Source: Eledone cirrhosa (lineage: Eukaryota). From it: a stretch of DNA of 64,000 nucleotides. The stretch is from the NCBI GenBank assembly GCA_964016885.1, contig OZ024740.1:115134001-115198000 (forward strand). The letters are read 5' to 3'. The position numbers and the translations under genes are program-made. The notes beneath the pieces were generated by a model. That model did not search any database and was not told the origin of the DNA. It worked only from the letters and a program-made list of their open reading frames with translations. This document shows, piece by piece, positions 1-14,000 of this stretch; the first letter of the stretch is position 1; each line of letters opens with the position of its first letter.

Positions 1-261
1 TCATTCCTGAGAATTTATTAATTTCCTTTTTGCTTCAAAATAATTCCATTTTTCCATTTAGATTTGTAACGTACAATCATTTTAGCATTTAATTATATCG
101 CCAATATGAGGACAGCCATTCTTTCCACATTAATATTCACTAACTGTATAGCTTTCGCGAAAATGAAGACAAGCAATAACTTGCCACGTGCTAATACGAT
201 AATTCAAAATGGAATAGCAAGACAATTCTAGAATAGTAAGCACCCTCTTTATTATTTTACT

Positions 262-435
262 CTTCCTCATTTTACTGGTTTCAATCGTTAGACTGCGTCT
301 ATGCTAGAGCAATGCCTTAAAATTGATCATATCAACGCCTACGCATATATTTTCCAGCCTGGTCTTAATCTTACCGATCTCCTCATCGTAGAAGCACTAC
401 GTTACGGGTTATTGTACAAGGTCGGGCACATACGC
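262..435 (-). mobile_element. Degenerate SINE fragment (common octopus-type tRNA-SINE 3' part)
   Basis: Resembles the TTTTACT..TTTCA..GACTGCG..ATGCT.GAGCA..GCCTT motif I recall from a common Octopus SINE; highly diverged, recognition only. Confidence 0.4.
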
Positions 436-558
436 ACATACACACACGCATGCATAAACACATATGCACACAAACACATACGCGCACACAGAAATATATA
501 TACGTAAAAACAAGAAGTGTAAGTCAACAGGTTAATATTAACTTCGTTTATTGAATTC

Positions 559-617
559 GTTGTTATATATATTTCGGTGATAACCATTATGTAACTGGTA
601 TGACCTCATCAGGCAGC
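559..617 (-). ncRNA. Hammerhead-like motif (minimal type I, degenerate stem I)
   Basis: Minus strand: GCUGC CUGAUGA GGU-CAUACCAGUUACAUAAUGGUUAUC-ACC GAAA UAUAU AUA ACAAC; core intact, stem I has two C-A mismatches. Confidence 0.5.
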
Positions 618-763
618 TAGAACTTGAACAGAAAAAAACAGAAAAACATAATGATGGAAGAAAGTTTACTTCTGTGATTTCGATCTTTTCATATGCCCGG
701 TCCCGAAGTATGGTGTTGTTTTCTGAAAGAGCTGGTGGCATATATGTATATATATATATATAT

Positions 764-1066
764 ATAGTATAAAGAAAACGAAAAATCAGTGATGCATCTA
801 GACTTAATTTATTGCGTGTTACAATTGTTTCTCCGGCAGGTAGATCGAGACATGGTCCCTGTATAGATCTGGCTGACTCTACGGCTGCAGGTTCTTTCAG
901 ACACGGGTATTTCGTTCGGAGCAAATTTTATCACTGAACCTGCAGCCGCAGAGTCAGCCAGATCCATACAGGGACCATGTCTCGAGCTACCTGCCGGCGA
1001 AACAATAGTAACACGCAATAAATTAAGTCCAGATGCATCACTGATTTTTCGTTTTCTTTATACTAT
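764..1066. repeat. Inverted repeat (~130-bp arms, ~40-bp spacer) next to (TA)n; probable PLE pseudo-LTR/retrozyme inversion remnant
   Basis: 764-894 is the near-perfect reverse complement of 936-1066. Confidence 0.9.
815..905 (-). ncRNA. Hammerhead-like motif with expanded stem II and 1-nt core insertion
   Basis: Minus: CGUGU CUGAAAGA [~60 nt] GAAAC AAUU GUA ACACG; perfect 5-bp stem I, palindromic stem III ACAAUUGU. Confidence 0.55.
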
Positions 1067-1149
1067 CTACACTCTACTCTGCTCAATATCGAGTGCTAAT
1101 TTTGGCATACCGCCTATGGAAGCACCATAGCTACCATTATACACAACTA

Positions 1150-1432
<283 letters not shown>

Positions 1433-2289
1433 TGCAGATATAAACTCTTCGCTAGAACAGCCGTTAAAAGAGCTAAATACTTTCAAAGACAGCTATGGAC
1501 AAAATTGCCTAACTGGACAGAGTCCAGTGGCCAGTTGTCAACAGGGAGACAATCCACAAGGTGGGTGACATGCAGATGAAATATAGAAAAGATTGAAAGA
1601 GTAGGACGAGGAGATGTGCGTTGGTGCATAGAATTGGCAGGAAGAAGGAAATAAAGAAAGGTGATGTACAAGACAAGTTGACACACACATCTTCACCCTC
1701 CTCAGCAAAATCATTTCTCCCGATTTAATTGAGTGTAGCATTTTAAAATGCTGGATGATACAACAGAAAAATAAATCTTTCTATTAGTATACACTTTCGT
1801 TTCGTCTCGATCAGTGAAAACATTGTTTATTCATTATATATGTACAACGAACTTCTGAAGTTTCCATCTCCTAAATTCCACTCATCATTCTACCGATTCT
1901 AAGAAAAATGGCATTTCCGAAATCTGCCGCGCACTGGAACTAAACGTGGAATTGAATTCAAAAGCTGCGAATTGAATTCCAAAACCGCTCTGGCAGTATT
2001 CAGAATTTATTGGCCTTTTCTTTGCCAACCTTACCAGATATTTAAAAATTTGGCCATGGAAGGTTATTTGGCTATTAAATATTTTCATGAAGTATGTGTG
2101 CGTATATGTAACTGTGAGAGTGTGTATTTGTGTGTCTGTGCGTGTTTATCTGTTTGTGTATGTGTGTAAGAGTGTGTGTGTGGCTGTATGTGTGTGTATA
2201 TGTATGTGTGAATCTATGTGTATGTGTTGGATCTCTGTCGGTTGTGGTGATGAGTGTTCTTTCTGATCAATGCAGGTACGTGTATCTTT

Positions 2290-2450
2290 AGCTTAATGTT
2301 TGAGTTACAGGTACAACTACTTTTTGCAACTGAGTAGCCTGGAGCAGCCTTAAATATCGAGTCTGGTTTTGCTCAAGATCACAACGGACCACTGATAATC
2401 GACCTCCCGGTCGTGAGTCGAACATCCTTACCACTAAGCTACGCGCCTTT
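2290..2450 (-). mobile_element. tRNA-derived SINE, CORE-like, degenerate
   Basis: Minus: GGCGCGTAGCTTAGTGGTAAGGATGTTCGACTCACGA (A-box-like head) followed by GTTGTGATCTTGAGCAA (CORE-like motif). Confidence 0.55.
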
Positions 2451-2565
2451 ACAAAAGACAAAAGGAAAAGAATAGTATTTCATAGTATTGATAGTAATCA
2501 TCAACATGCGTGTATATATTATATATGTATTCTTAATCGGAACAAAATAACTTTATTGATAATAT

Positions 2566-2752
2566 GGTAGATTGGCAGTATTGGTAGAGAGTCGGACGCC
2601 ATGCTTTGCAGCAAAGAGTTACGTCCTTTTATGGTCTGAGTTCAAATCCCGCCGAGGTTAACTTTACTTTTCATCCTTACGGGGTCGATAAAATAAAGCA
2701 CCAGTAATACACTGGGATAATTGCTGGCCTTGTGCCAAATGTAGAAACAATT
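2566..2752 (+). mobile_element. tRNA-derived SINE with Meta-like central domain
   Basis: TGGCAGTATTGG (A box), GAGTTCAAATCC (B box), TTTCATCCTTACGGGGTCGATAAAATAAAG.ACCAG; many copies in the window. Confidence 0.85.
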
Positions 2753-3446
2753 AACGATATATATCGAATTATTATTTTCACCATGCATTTCTTAATCGAA
2801 GACAGAAGTTTGGATTTTATGATACTGAAATCTCTGATTTTCATTTTGGTTTCATGAAAATTAACTTCAGGGTGTTTTTTTTTTATTATTAGTTATCTTA
2901 ATGTTTTTATATTTTTTATAATTTTATTCCATTTCTTTTTAATTTCTTCTCCGAAATATTCCAATTAAAGGTTGTCAACGGCAATTTAAGTTGAGACTAT
3001 TTCAGTTTTAAAAAAACTATAAATTGAATGATTCAATGGGTCAGAACAATAATTTATTACCAACAGCAATTTTGTAAAAATATAATTTTTCTATGCTTCC
3101 TCATTTAAGACTGCATGCATCAATATCAGTTGAATCTGTAAACAGCTAAAGGCCTAGTATGAATGAATTCTATCTGAAGAATTGATGGCCATACAAGATC
3201 GTTATGTTTCTTATTTTATTATTTTCGAAAAATAAACAAATACAAAAGAAAGAATCATGAATAAATAAAAAGAAAACAATATTGTAGTCTTCGTAAAACA
3301 AACATGAATTTGAAAATTTTGTGAAAAACTATAACTTACAATTTTACATCATTTATCATTTATTTATTCAAATGTTTTTGCTTCCTAAGTAATGGATTTT
3401 TTTCTTTCTACTCTTCCTCTCACCTACACACACATGTATATAAACA

Positions 3447-3477
<31 letters not shown>

Positions 3478-3581
3478 CATATATATGTGTGTGCGTGTGT
3501 ATCTGTGTCTGTGTCTATGTCTGTGTGTCTCTATATTTTTTATATATATACACACGTATGCACACATTCTCACACACACTC

Positions 3582-3613
<32 letters not shown>

Positions 3614-3631
3614 GTGTCTGTGTCTGTGGCG

Positions 3632-3668
<37 letters not shown>

Positions 3669-4082
3669 GTGTGTGTGTGTGTGAGTGTATATATATATAT
3701 ATATAATTAGTTGCTTTCTTTCCTTTTTTTATTGGAAATACATTTCTGTCTTCAGAATTTTATAAATGGAAATTATGTGAATAAATCGGTTTTAAAGAAA
3801 ATACATTTTCTTTAAGCAGAAATGTTTGTTTAAATGAATACATTTGATCAGCTATTTGCAATAATAACATTTAGTAATGACAACATTGCTTTTTAATCGA
3901 CAAAACACACTCACTCGGCGATAAAACATATTCAAGTATCAACAAAACGCATTCACTTGGTGAGTTTTGTTGCTTTATTGGTATTTTCCATCACAGTTTC
4001 TATACAAGCATCTGTTCAACCCAACGTAAATAATCACTTACCTCCTTTGCGTTTAGAAAAAAACCTAAATCTTAAGAATAAT

Positions 4083-4265
4083 AATTGTTTCTACTTTTGG
4101 CACAAGGCCACCAATTATCCCAGTGTATTACTGGTACTTTATTTTATCGACCCCGTAAGGATGAAGGCAAAGTTAACCTCGGCGGGATTTGAACTCAGAA
4201 TGGCAAGGGCCGTAACTCTTTGCTGCAAAGCATGGCGTCAGACCCTCTACAGATACTGCCATCTA
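4083..4265 (-). mobile_element. tRNA-derived SINE (same family as 2566-2752)
   Basis: Reverse complement of the same A/B boxes and central domain. Confidence 0.85.
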
Positions 4266-4399
4266 AGAATAATAACAACAACAACAACAACAACAACAAC
4301 GATAAAAACATTCGTGGTAGTTGTACCTTATAATAAAATCCTCATCATGAGTGAAATTGTCTGAAATAAATAATATGGAAAATTTCGAAATTAGTAACG

Positions 4400-5480
4400 G
4401 AGATGCCGAAGCAGACTTCTTTGCAGCATGTGAAACTAAAATTATCGGTGAGGAATGAAGGTAATCATGGGATGCAGGGGCAGGTTCAAGCCGAGCGTTA
4501 CCCTATGATTACAAATAAGACCCCTATGTTAGGAAAAAAGAATAAAACAGGCGAAAGAGGTCAAGAAGATAGATATGATGCGCTATTACGTAAGACCCCC
4601 AGGTGAACTGAGATTTACAAAAAGAATGTTGAATACTGGGAAAAGCATAGAATAGAAATGATTGAAGGAAAGAAATTTGCTGGGCAGGAAATCTCCATTA
4701 AAACTAATGGTTAAATAGTGAGAAAGTAGACAGCAAAACACACAAAACTGCCTACGAAGCACTCGATTAAAGCTAAAACGGAAGGATTTCTAATTACAGC
4801 ATAAGATCAAAGCCTCCCACTCCAGAAACCACCAGAAGTACCTAATTAAATAGAAAACAGTAAGTAACTGTAGAATATATGGAGGTAGGGGAAAAGAAGT
4901 AACTACATTATCTTTGGCTGCCCAGTCTTAGCCAAAAAGGAATATATCCTCAGACATGATAGATTTGAGATTTACAAACACTCGATGTTATGCTAAGAAA
5001 AGAGGATAGTGCAGATAGAGCTGGGATACGCCAAAACACATAGATAGAGAGATCAAAGCCAATCGAGCGCATATAATAGTTAAAGAAAAAAATGTCCTCT
5101 AATTGATGTAGCAATCCCCAGAGACGACAATATAGCTAGCACATAAATGGAGAAAATTTCCAAATATAAAGATCTTGAGATAGAATTAACTCGAATTTAA
5201 AAGATTGATACAGAAACAATACCTATAATAAAATGATAAAATAAAAAACACAGACAGGTACATAAGCAAAATCCCCAGGACTTACAAATATATAAATCAT
5301 ACAAAAAATAGTACTACTAGGCACCGTACACATATTACGAAGAATTCTCTCAATACAATAGAAACAACACCAAAAATCACACTGCACATAACCAATGCGC
5401 ACAGAGCTGCGGTTGGTAATACAGTGATAATGCGCAAATAATAATAAGAATAAGAATAATAATTATTATTATTATTATTA
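4400..5480 (+). pseudogene. Decayed 3' part of an R4/Dong-like RLE LINE ending in an (AAT)n tail
   Basis: Broken-frame motifs LKLKTEGFLI..DQSL, GCPVLAKKEYILRHD, LIDVAIP.DDN, EKISKYKDLEIE, LLGT.HILRR; ends in AAT/TTA repeats. Confidence 0.75.
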
Positions 5481-7483
5481 TAACAATATTAAAGATAAAT
5501 ATGAATAAAACTTATATAAAAAAAACGTAAACACCTTCCCAAAGACTATTTTAATGTTTTGTGTTTTACAATTATTGTTCTTATTTTTATAGCTTAATTT
5601 TATTTATTTATTCATTTATGTATTTATTGCCTTTGCGGACAATATAACTAAACAGGTGACTATGAAATTTTGTAAAAACATTCTCTAGTGAAATGGTTTA
5701 TTATCTGTCACCTGATTAAATCATCTGAAGTGGAAACCAAAAATGACAATTTCTTTTAAGTGAGACCAAAACTAGAAAAATTCATTTCATTTTTTTGTTT
5801 GTTTCCCCTAAGCATAATTTATCTCCAGTATTTTGTTACAGTAATGTTATATCATGATATTTTGTTGGTGTGAAGAGCGGCGTGTGTGTGTATCTGTGGA
5901 TGCGAATGAGCGTGTAGATGTGTGTGTGTGGATGTGTGTGGGGGGGGGGGGCGTGTGTGTTTCTCTTTATTATAGAACACGTCATTAAACTGCTATTACC
6001 TGTCTTCAAGCATAATTCTACTACACTTCGTTCCATACCGTTGTTCTTCTTAACCTCATATCCAGAGCGGGCGCCATGATGTCTAGTACCCTAGGCTAGC
6101 TCTACGCGGTGCACCACCTTATGCCAATTATGCGACCCATTTTCCGAACTAGTAAATTCAACTTACCATATAACAAGCTGACGAATCTAGTTTTTGACAC
6201 TACGTACTGAGACCACACTAAGAAAATGAGTAAGATTTCATTTTCTACTACACAGTCCACACACTCGCGTACCAGATCATATGATTGTTCTCCGTCGCTT
6301 TAAATATTTCCACAATACTACTATGAGGCAAAGATCTTTAGCGATTCATTTATTGATTGCAAGAAATTATTATATATTTCATATAAACTAATGCCGTGTG
6401 TGAGGCTCGACATTTTTAACTTACTATGCGCCGAGGAAATAATTTTATAAGAAGATGTAGGAAGCTTAGACGCACAAGATACTGCAATTGTAGTCAGTTG
6501 CTATAAAATAGCTTGTAAAATTCGGGTAAAGATCCCTAGAGATGGAAACATGTTGAGCTAAGCGATCTCTTAAAAACATCTTACCGTCTAAATAAGGAGC
6601 TAAATCAAAGAACGTTTGAAAATATAAACAAGCGCTATGTCTGAAGCTCGAATTTTCGAACTTACTAATTATACACATTTTTATTCAAACTGTAATCCTT
6701 TACGATTTAGGGTTTCATAGTAGTGCCTGGAGTTATGTAAATAATGTATTCTATTTTTTATAGAATTAGAGCGATTTTTAAAGCTAAGTTTGAAGTTCAT
6801 ATTTGACATTTAGGGATATGAATGGAAAATAACTGCTATGCTATCGTCCCAGTTTTTGATGATGATGAATATGCTCAATTCATATTTTAAGAGAGTGTGA
6901 CAGAATCTGAAGGTGACATGATAGCTACTCTTATCAAATAGAGATCGTGGGGAAAGGACAAGTATAGGAATCTCTATGGGACTCGATAAATCAACTAGAA
7001 TTACTAGAGTAAATATGGTAGAATAAGACATTCCACAATAGAGGAGACATTGAACAACTGCCAGCCATCGTTGTAAGCACTAATTCGTTTTACTCTGCCT
7101 ATAAGTATATAAGACGGATCACTATCTTCAGTAGTTAATACCATTAGTTAGTCCTTGAACGAAACCACTTTTCAAAAAAAGTGATCTCCATAAGGCTTAA
7201 GTGTCCTACATAGAGCAAGTGTCCTAGAGACAAAGGGTTAATGTTGTCCAGAAGAGCAGCTAGGTGTTATAGCAGGGACTCGCCCCGTTAAACTGACAGA
7301 ATTCAAGTGATGAAACACTTTCCTCGGGTTGTGGGAGTTCTTTTCTGAAGATTTGTCGTTTCCAATTCACACCAAAGTATCAGCATAATAAGGACATACA
7401 CACACGCACGCAAGCACACACACACGCACACACATATATACAGACACATACATACATATATATATATATATAGATATGTTTAT

Positions 7484-7846
7484 TTATTAGCCACAGGGGC
7501 ACAAAAGAAGGGGACAAATACAAAGGGGGAAGTTTACATACAATAAAAACGTGTAAAATATCACAAATGTAATTTGAAAAGTTAGTCGATTTTCCCCAAT
7601 AGGGGGAGACAGTTTATATGGGTAACACATACCCCCGAAAAAATGTGCAACCCTCGTCTCCAGGAGTACGAAGAGTTTGTACTCCTTTCCTCTCCTCGTC
7701 CTTTTCCTCAACCTACAGGCAGATATAGAGAGAAGGCCCATTCACTCGGGCCATTCTCGCGACTTTCACCCACCTTTCATAAAACTTGCTGGGGTACAGC
7801 ACTTCTCTCTCCATCCTGATTCTTCTTCCAAAGTGGTATTTGAAAA
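7484..7846 (-). mobile_element. 3' fragment of a Tx1/L1-like LINE
   Basis: Minus-strand FFKYHFGRRIRMEREVL..KFYERWVKVARMARVNGPSL is homologous to the end of ORF 38443-39195; 3' end CCCCTGTGGCTAATAAA. Confidence 0.85.
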
Positions 7847-7863
7847 AAAGAATATACATATAT

Positions 7864-7987
<124 letters not shown>

Positions 7988-8776
7988 GGAAATGAGAATG
8001 GGAGACCAAAGTGAAATCTGCACTATAAGTGGTTGAATTAAGGAGGAACTCAAATGATTTCCTTTCCATATTAACCATGAAAACATTTGATTCGTTCCTT
8101 GTTTACTGTCCTAAAATACACACACCACACATATCGTTACTATCTATACGCACACATGCACACACCCATGCACACACACAGCTATATATATATAGTTATC
8201 TACGTGTGTGTCACGATACAACATGTTGAAACTTATATAAATGTATACACACATATATACACACACAAAGCTATATATATATATATATACATATACAGAG
8301 AGAGAGAGAGAAAGAGAGAATGAGTAAGAAAGAAGCTAGACGTTGATATGCCAAACACAAGAAGATACGCCATAAATAAGACCGATTTTATGTAAACACT
8401 ATAAATCTGTTTCTGTTACAATACCTTGGAATCGGGTAAAATCCCTGGATTAATTCTTCTACGGATTAATTCGTCTTTTCTTTGGATACACTCCCGAACT
8501 CTATGTACCCATTCTTAAGAAAGACATATTTAATAAAAATAACTCATAAGTTTTGACATACGTTCACACATATATACATATCTACCTGCATTCATACATA
8601 TATGCATGCACACATATATACATACATACGCATGCAGGCATATATACATGTATGCAGGCATACGTACATGTATGCAGGCACACATACATACACACACACA
8701 CACATACATACGTACATACATACATACATACATACATACATACATACATACATACATACATACATACATACATACA

Positions 8777-9187
8777 TGGCGGCTGCCAACTCGTTTTCGA
8801 GTACGGCCACTACTTTATATCCATGTAGGAGAACCCCCACCGATGCGCTGAACGAGTGTGACTTTTTAGTCCAGCCAGCGACTTGAAAACTCTGGTACAA
8901 ACACTACACTGTGACAATTATTGACACATAGTGCTGGGCCCATGGTACCATGTAACGACAAGTGCAGAGAGATCTCCAGATATAAAGCAATGCCTGTGCC
9001 GTGAAGCTTTTATAGTGAACAAAGGCACTGCACAAAGCCAGTCCCACTCTCTTAACCAAGATGATATTTACCAAAAAGAAGAACAAGTCAACATCATTGG
9101 ATACCATCAGGGTTGCAGGTGTTATATCAGAGTTTTCCTTCTCCTAGAATTCTGCCTTGACAAAGGCTAAGGGGTCATCTCTCCCGG
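8777..9187 (-). mobile_element. RTE-derived non-autonomous retroelement, 5'-truncated, (TATG)n tail
   Basis: Near-identical copies at 9284, 10141, 15221, 17511, 18843, 62333; the family encodes a remnant CSVCTRVFKSLAGLKSH zinc finger like RTE ORF C-termini; ends GCAGCC.CC(ATGT)n. Confidence 0.75.
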
Positions 9188-9213
9188 ATATATATATACA
9201 TACATACATACAT

Positions 9214-9283
<70 letters not shown>

Positions 9284-9285
<2 letters not shown>

Positions 9286-9604
9286 GGTGGCTGCCAACTC
9301 GTTTTCGAGTACGGCCACTACTTTATATCCATGTAGGAGAACCCCCACCGATGCGCTGAACGAGTGTGACTTTTTAGTCCAGCCAGCGAATTGAAAACAC
9401 TGGTACAAACACTACACTTGTGACAATTATTGACACAGAGTGCTGGGCCCATGGTACCATGTAACGACAAGTGCAGAGAGATCTACAGATATAAAGCAAT
9501 GCCTGGGCCGTGAAGCTTTTATAGTGAGCAAAGGCACTGCACAAAGCCAGTCCCACTCTCTTAACCAAGATGATATTTACCAGAAAGAATAACAAGTCAA
9601 CATC
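9284..9604 (-). mobile_element. RTE-derived non-autonomous element copy
   Basis: Same sequence as 8777-9187, shorter 5' end. Confidence 0.75.
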
Positions 9605-9669
9605 ATACATACATACATACATACATACATACATACATACATACATACATACATACATACATACATACA

Positions 9670-10019
9670 TTAATGTTAATAACTGTCTCAGTACAAATCT
9701 TGAGAAGCTGGGCTTTATAGAACAAGAACACGGTTTGTTAAGAAATTACAACTACAATGCATTAATGGAACAGTAAAAATATGTAGAACATTCCAAAAAT
9801 TCTGCATGTAATCACCGCATGTACAGATACAAAACATATAAGTCAAAACATACAAATCTACACATACAATAAAATCCATACCTGCACACACACGCACATG
9901 CAGACATATCTACCTAGTTGATATTGGTTGAATTCCAATGAAAGAGTCTTGTATCTATGTTAGAAAACGACTCTCTTTCCCTATTGGTAAGAATTTATAA
10001 AATTGTCAAACCTGAAGAA
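9670..10019 (+). mobile_element. 5'-truncated R4/Dong-like LINE 3' end in (TACA)n
   Basis: Homologous to 14810-15177; flanked on both sides by (TACA)n. Confidence 0.85.
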
Positions 10020-10085
10020 CATACATACATACATAAATGCATACGTACTTAAATACATGCATACATACATACATACATACATACA

Positions 10086-10119
<34 letters not shown>

Positions 10120-10140
10120 CATACATACATAAATACATAC

Positions 10141-10583
10141 ATGGTGGCTGCCAACTCGTTTTCGAGTACGGCCACTACTTTATATACATGTAGGAGAACC
10201 CCTACCGATGCGCTGAACGAGTGTGACTGTTTAGTCCAGCCAGCGACTTGAAAACTCTGGTACAAACACTACACTTGTGACAATTATTGACACATAGTGC
10301 TGGGCTCATGGTACCATGTGACGACAAGTGCAGAGAGATCTCCAGATATAAAGCAATGCCTGTGCCGTGAAACTTTTATAGTGAGCAAAGGCACTGCACA
10401 AAGCCAGTCCCACTTTCTTAACCAAGATGATATTTACCAAAAAAAAGAACAAGTCAACATCATTGGATACCATCTGGGTTGCAGGTGTTATATCAGAGTT
10501 TTCCTTCTCCGAGAATTCTGCCTTGACAAAGGTCAACTCTCCCGGTGATTTTGGATGGCCATTGACTCTTAAGAGCTCCTTTG
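10141..10583 (-). mobile_element. RTE-derived non-autonomous element copy
   Basis: Same family, extends into the AAGAGTCAATGGCCATCCAAAA leader. Confidence 0.75.
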
Positions 10584-10658
10584 CATACATACATACATAC
10601 ATACATACATACATACATACATACATACATACATACATACATACATACATACATACAT

Positions 10659-11035
10659 AGTTGTGGAGATCAGCTGCCCACTTGATGTAAACGTTGTCAG
10701 AAAAATACAGGAGAAGGAGGACATGTACGGACCATTGATGAGGAGTTTACAAATCCAGTATCCAAGATACACCTTTAGCTTCATACCCATCATTATTGGT
10801 GCTACGGGTTATATACCAAACCGCTTGGAACAAAATATGACTGAACTTGGATTTGCGGACAAAAAGCGCAGCTCCCTAATTCATAGTCTGCAAATGGCTG
10901 CGATAGCTGGCACCTTCAAAATTTGCAAAACATTCTTGCGATTCAAGGGATGACAATTTCTTTTCTTTTACAACCTTGCCACCGGGAAGGTGGCCGGTCA
11001 AAAAAAATATACTCGAAATTAAGAGAAAGAGAAAA
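10659..11035 (+). mobile_element. 3' fragment of a second R4/Dong-like family (RLE C-terminus) in (TACA)n
   Basis: [22 protein letters not shown]...YP.YTF.FIPIIIGA.G...GTFKICKTF aligns to the end of ORF 13112-14950 but is diverged and has a different 3' UTR. Confidence 0.85.
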
Positions 11036-11067
11036 CATACATACATACATACATACATACATACCAT

Positions 11068-14000
11068 CAGTCAACGCGATCAGTCGCATATTTTGGCGTG
11101 GGAGACTATTTATTAAATTTAAAATGAATACTATCTCCGACAGTAATGCCACAACTACAGCCAGGTTGAATAACTGGTTATTCTTCTAACTATCCCTTCC
11201 GAAGACGCATTTTATTCGAATTCGTAGAGATATCCGACTAAATACATAATTCATTTTACAAGGATTTTCTACAAACAGCATGGCTGAACACAACATCAAC
11301 AAGAAAATTAAGGAAGTATCGAAGACAAATAACAAAAAAGGTAATCAAACTTTATTCAGTTGTAGCTACAGAAGAAACCGAAATTATAAATCGCATTTCT
11401 CTTGGAGTTGCGAACTTAATAATGATTTATTTAATTGTTATAAAAGGGCAAAAAACAATCCCTCCATTGGCTATATGAATAGAATGAAGCTACACTGGGA
11501 CGAAATGCACCCAGAGCTAAATTATTTCACAGCGAAACAATTACGCCAACAAGCGACGTTTGTTAAACGTAAAAGTAAGATAAATATTATTAATTATAAG
11601 TCACACACAACAAACATGGAATCAACAACACGTGCTACAGATCGCCATGCTACTAGACTTCCTAGCAGCCAGGTCGAACAGCGCCTTGAAACAACTATGC
11701 CTGTACCATCTAAGTCTACCTCGAATGCTGGGGAAAACACTATCGATAATAATAATAATCGAAGAAATAATAATAATAATCGAATAACTGTGACCCCACG
11801 TATACCATCCGAGTCTACCTCAACTGTTGTGGAAAATACTATCGATAATGATAATCAAAAGTATAAACAATTGAAAATTTTCCCCAATGAAATCTTCCAG
11901 AGAGAAATTAACTCATGTATAAATATCTCTCTGGCTGAACGTGTTAAAATGACAATGGTGAATAAAAAACTAAATAATGAAATACTACGTGTTATTGACG
12001 AAATAGGGGATGAATATTTACGACGCATAAAAACCCCAACATTTTGGCAAATCAACGCCTGTTTATATGCCTTAGCAATGACAGTGAAGCATTATCTTGG
12101 TGAGAGCAGAGATATTAACAAGAACAAAACACCACCAAAAATACCATCATATATAACTAAAATAGAAAAAAAGAGTGCCGACCTACGAAAAAATATAGGA
12201 CATGTGATAATGCTCCTTACATGCAAACAAACACAAAAAAACCTCACTCCTCAGCAACAAAGAGTGAAAAATAAAATAGAGACGATGTTTGGTAACAGTA
12301 GAACCAGAACTCTCCAATATAAGCTGATCACCCTCAAACAAGAATTGAGAGCTGTTAGCGAAAAACGCCAATACCTGAAGAAGGTAGATGAGAGTAAAAT
12401 GATTAATAAAAGATTCAGACGAAACCAAACATCAGTCTATAGAGATATGAAGGGCAAAATAATAAGGGTCACTGAGGCCCCATCCCAGAAAGACAAATTC
12501 CTTTTGGAGCAAAATATGGGGTGAAAAGAAGAATTTCAACCAAGATTCAGTGTGGCTAAGAGAAATCCGAAAGAACTATTACTCCTACACTACAACAAAA
12601 ACATACGAAATAAGTGAGGGTACCCTTGATACTGTGATAAGAAAACTCCAAGATAAGAAAACACCAGGAAGAGACATGATTGTCGGTTACTGGTACAAAA
12701 AACTAATATTCAATCGGAGGTATCTTACTGACCTCTACCAACAAGTTCTTAAGGGAGATACACTTATACCAGAATGGTTGACATTAGCACAAACGTTACT
12801 AGTCCCCAAGAACAAAGACACCCATTTGGCAAAAAACTACCGACCCATTGCATGCCAGAACCTGATGTATAAGTTGTATACAGCCTGCCTCAACCTATTC
12901 CTCCAAGATCACTGTGAAAATAATAACATCATCACAGATGAACAAGCAGCTGGTAAGAAAAGGGTTTGGGGATGTGCTGAACAACTCCTAATCAACAAAA
13001 CTGCGATGTCGGAGGTGCGACAACTTAGGAGGAATATGACTACAGTCTGGCTGGACTACAGGAAAGCTTTTGGTTCTGTTCCCCACTCTTGGATGATAGA
13101 GGCCCTCCAACTTGCTAAAGTCCCAGACATTATTGTCAGAGCCAGAGAGCATAGAGAGGCTGTCTTCTTCTTGGGCTACTATCCTAAGGTTAAAGACAGA
13201 GAGGGAGGACTCTATTTTCACTGATAAAATAAAATATTGCAGGGGTATATTTCAGGGGGACAGTCTCTTTGTGATATTGTTCATCTTGTCATTAAACCCC
13301 TTGTCCTTTCTGCTCAAGAAATGTGAGGGATACATCATTGGCTCACATGAGGACAGAAATACGAACCTAACCTATAACTTCTTTGTGGACGATCTGAAAC
13401 TCTATGCCAAGAACATGGATGGGATGAAGAAAAATCTTGACCTGGTTACAACCTTCTCAAAGGGTATAGGAATGGAGTTTGGCCAAGATAAATGCTCATA
13501 CATGGCTGTAAAGCGGGGAAAAGCAACAATCCAATCTAGCAACATTGTCATCAATGGTCTAACTGTTTCACCGATATCTGATGAGGACTGCTACAGATAC
13601 CTGGGGATAGATGAGAACATATCCTATGATGGTATCTGCAGTGGGGAACGCGTAACCAGGGAATACCAAACCCGATTAAGAAAGATCTGTCATCGGAACT
13701 CTCTGCGCACAAACAGGACGGTGGCTCACAATGTGTTTGCTGTGCCTGTCCTGACACCAACGTTTGGAATACTCAATTGGACGATAGACGAAATCCGAGC
13801 AGTTGATGTTGGAACTCTAAAAATTCTGAACAACACCGGAGACTTCCACATCAACAGTGACATAGACCGCCTTTACTTGAAACGTAAGCAGGGAGGTAGA
13901 GGCCTAACATCAGTCCAGACAACATTTGAATGTCGCATCATATCTCTCCGACAACATCTACGAACCTCAAAGCGTAGGAACCCGCTTCTCGAGCAAGTCT

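Noticed and set aside
764-1066. DNA-transposon MITE interpretation of the inverted repeats
   Set aside because: Arms are asymmetric with one-sided extensions, contain hammerhead cores, and mirror PLE inverted pseudo-LTR architecture; no transposase in the window.
2566-2660. tRNA gene (A/B boxes)
   Set aside because: No complete cloverleaf; it continues into a multi-copy SINE body.
3850-3966. Possible host exon ending at a TG|GTGAGT donor (LIDKTHSLGDKTYSSINKTHSL)
   Set aside because: Upstream stops, no convincing acceptor in frame, no recognisable protein.
6050-7385. Possible ancient LINE (endonuclease-like) relic on the minus strand
   Set aside because: Only vague resemblance; no diagnostic motif readable without a profile search.
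11068-11279. HDV-like ribozyme in the R4-like 5' UTR or RTE-like leader
   Set aside because: Expected from clade knowledge, but I could not build the nested double pseudoknot by eye.
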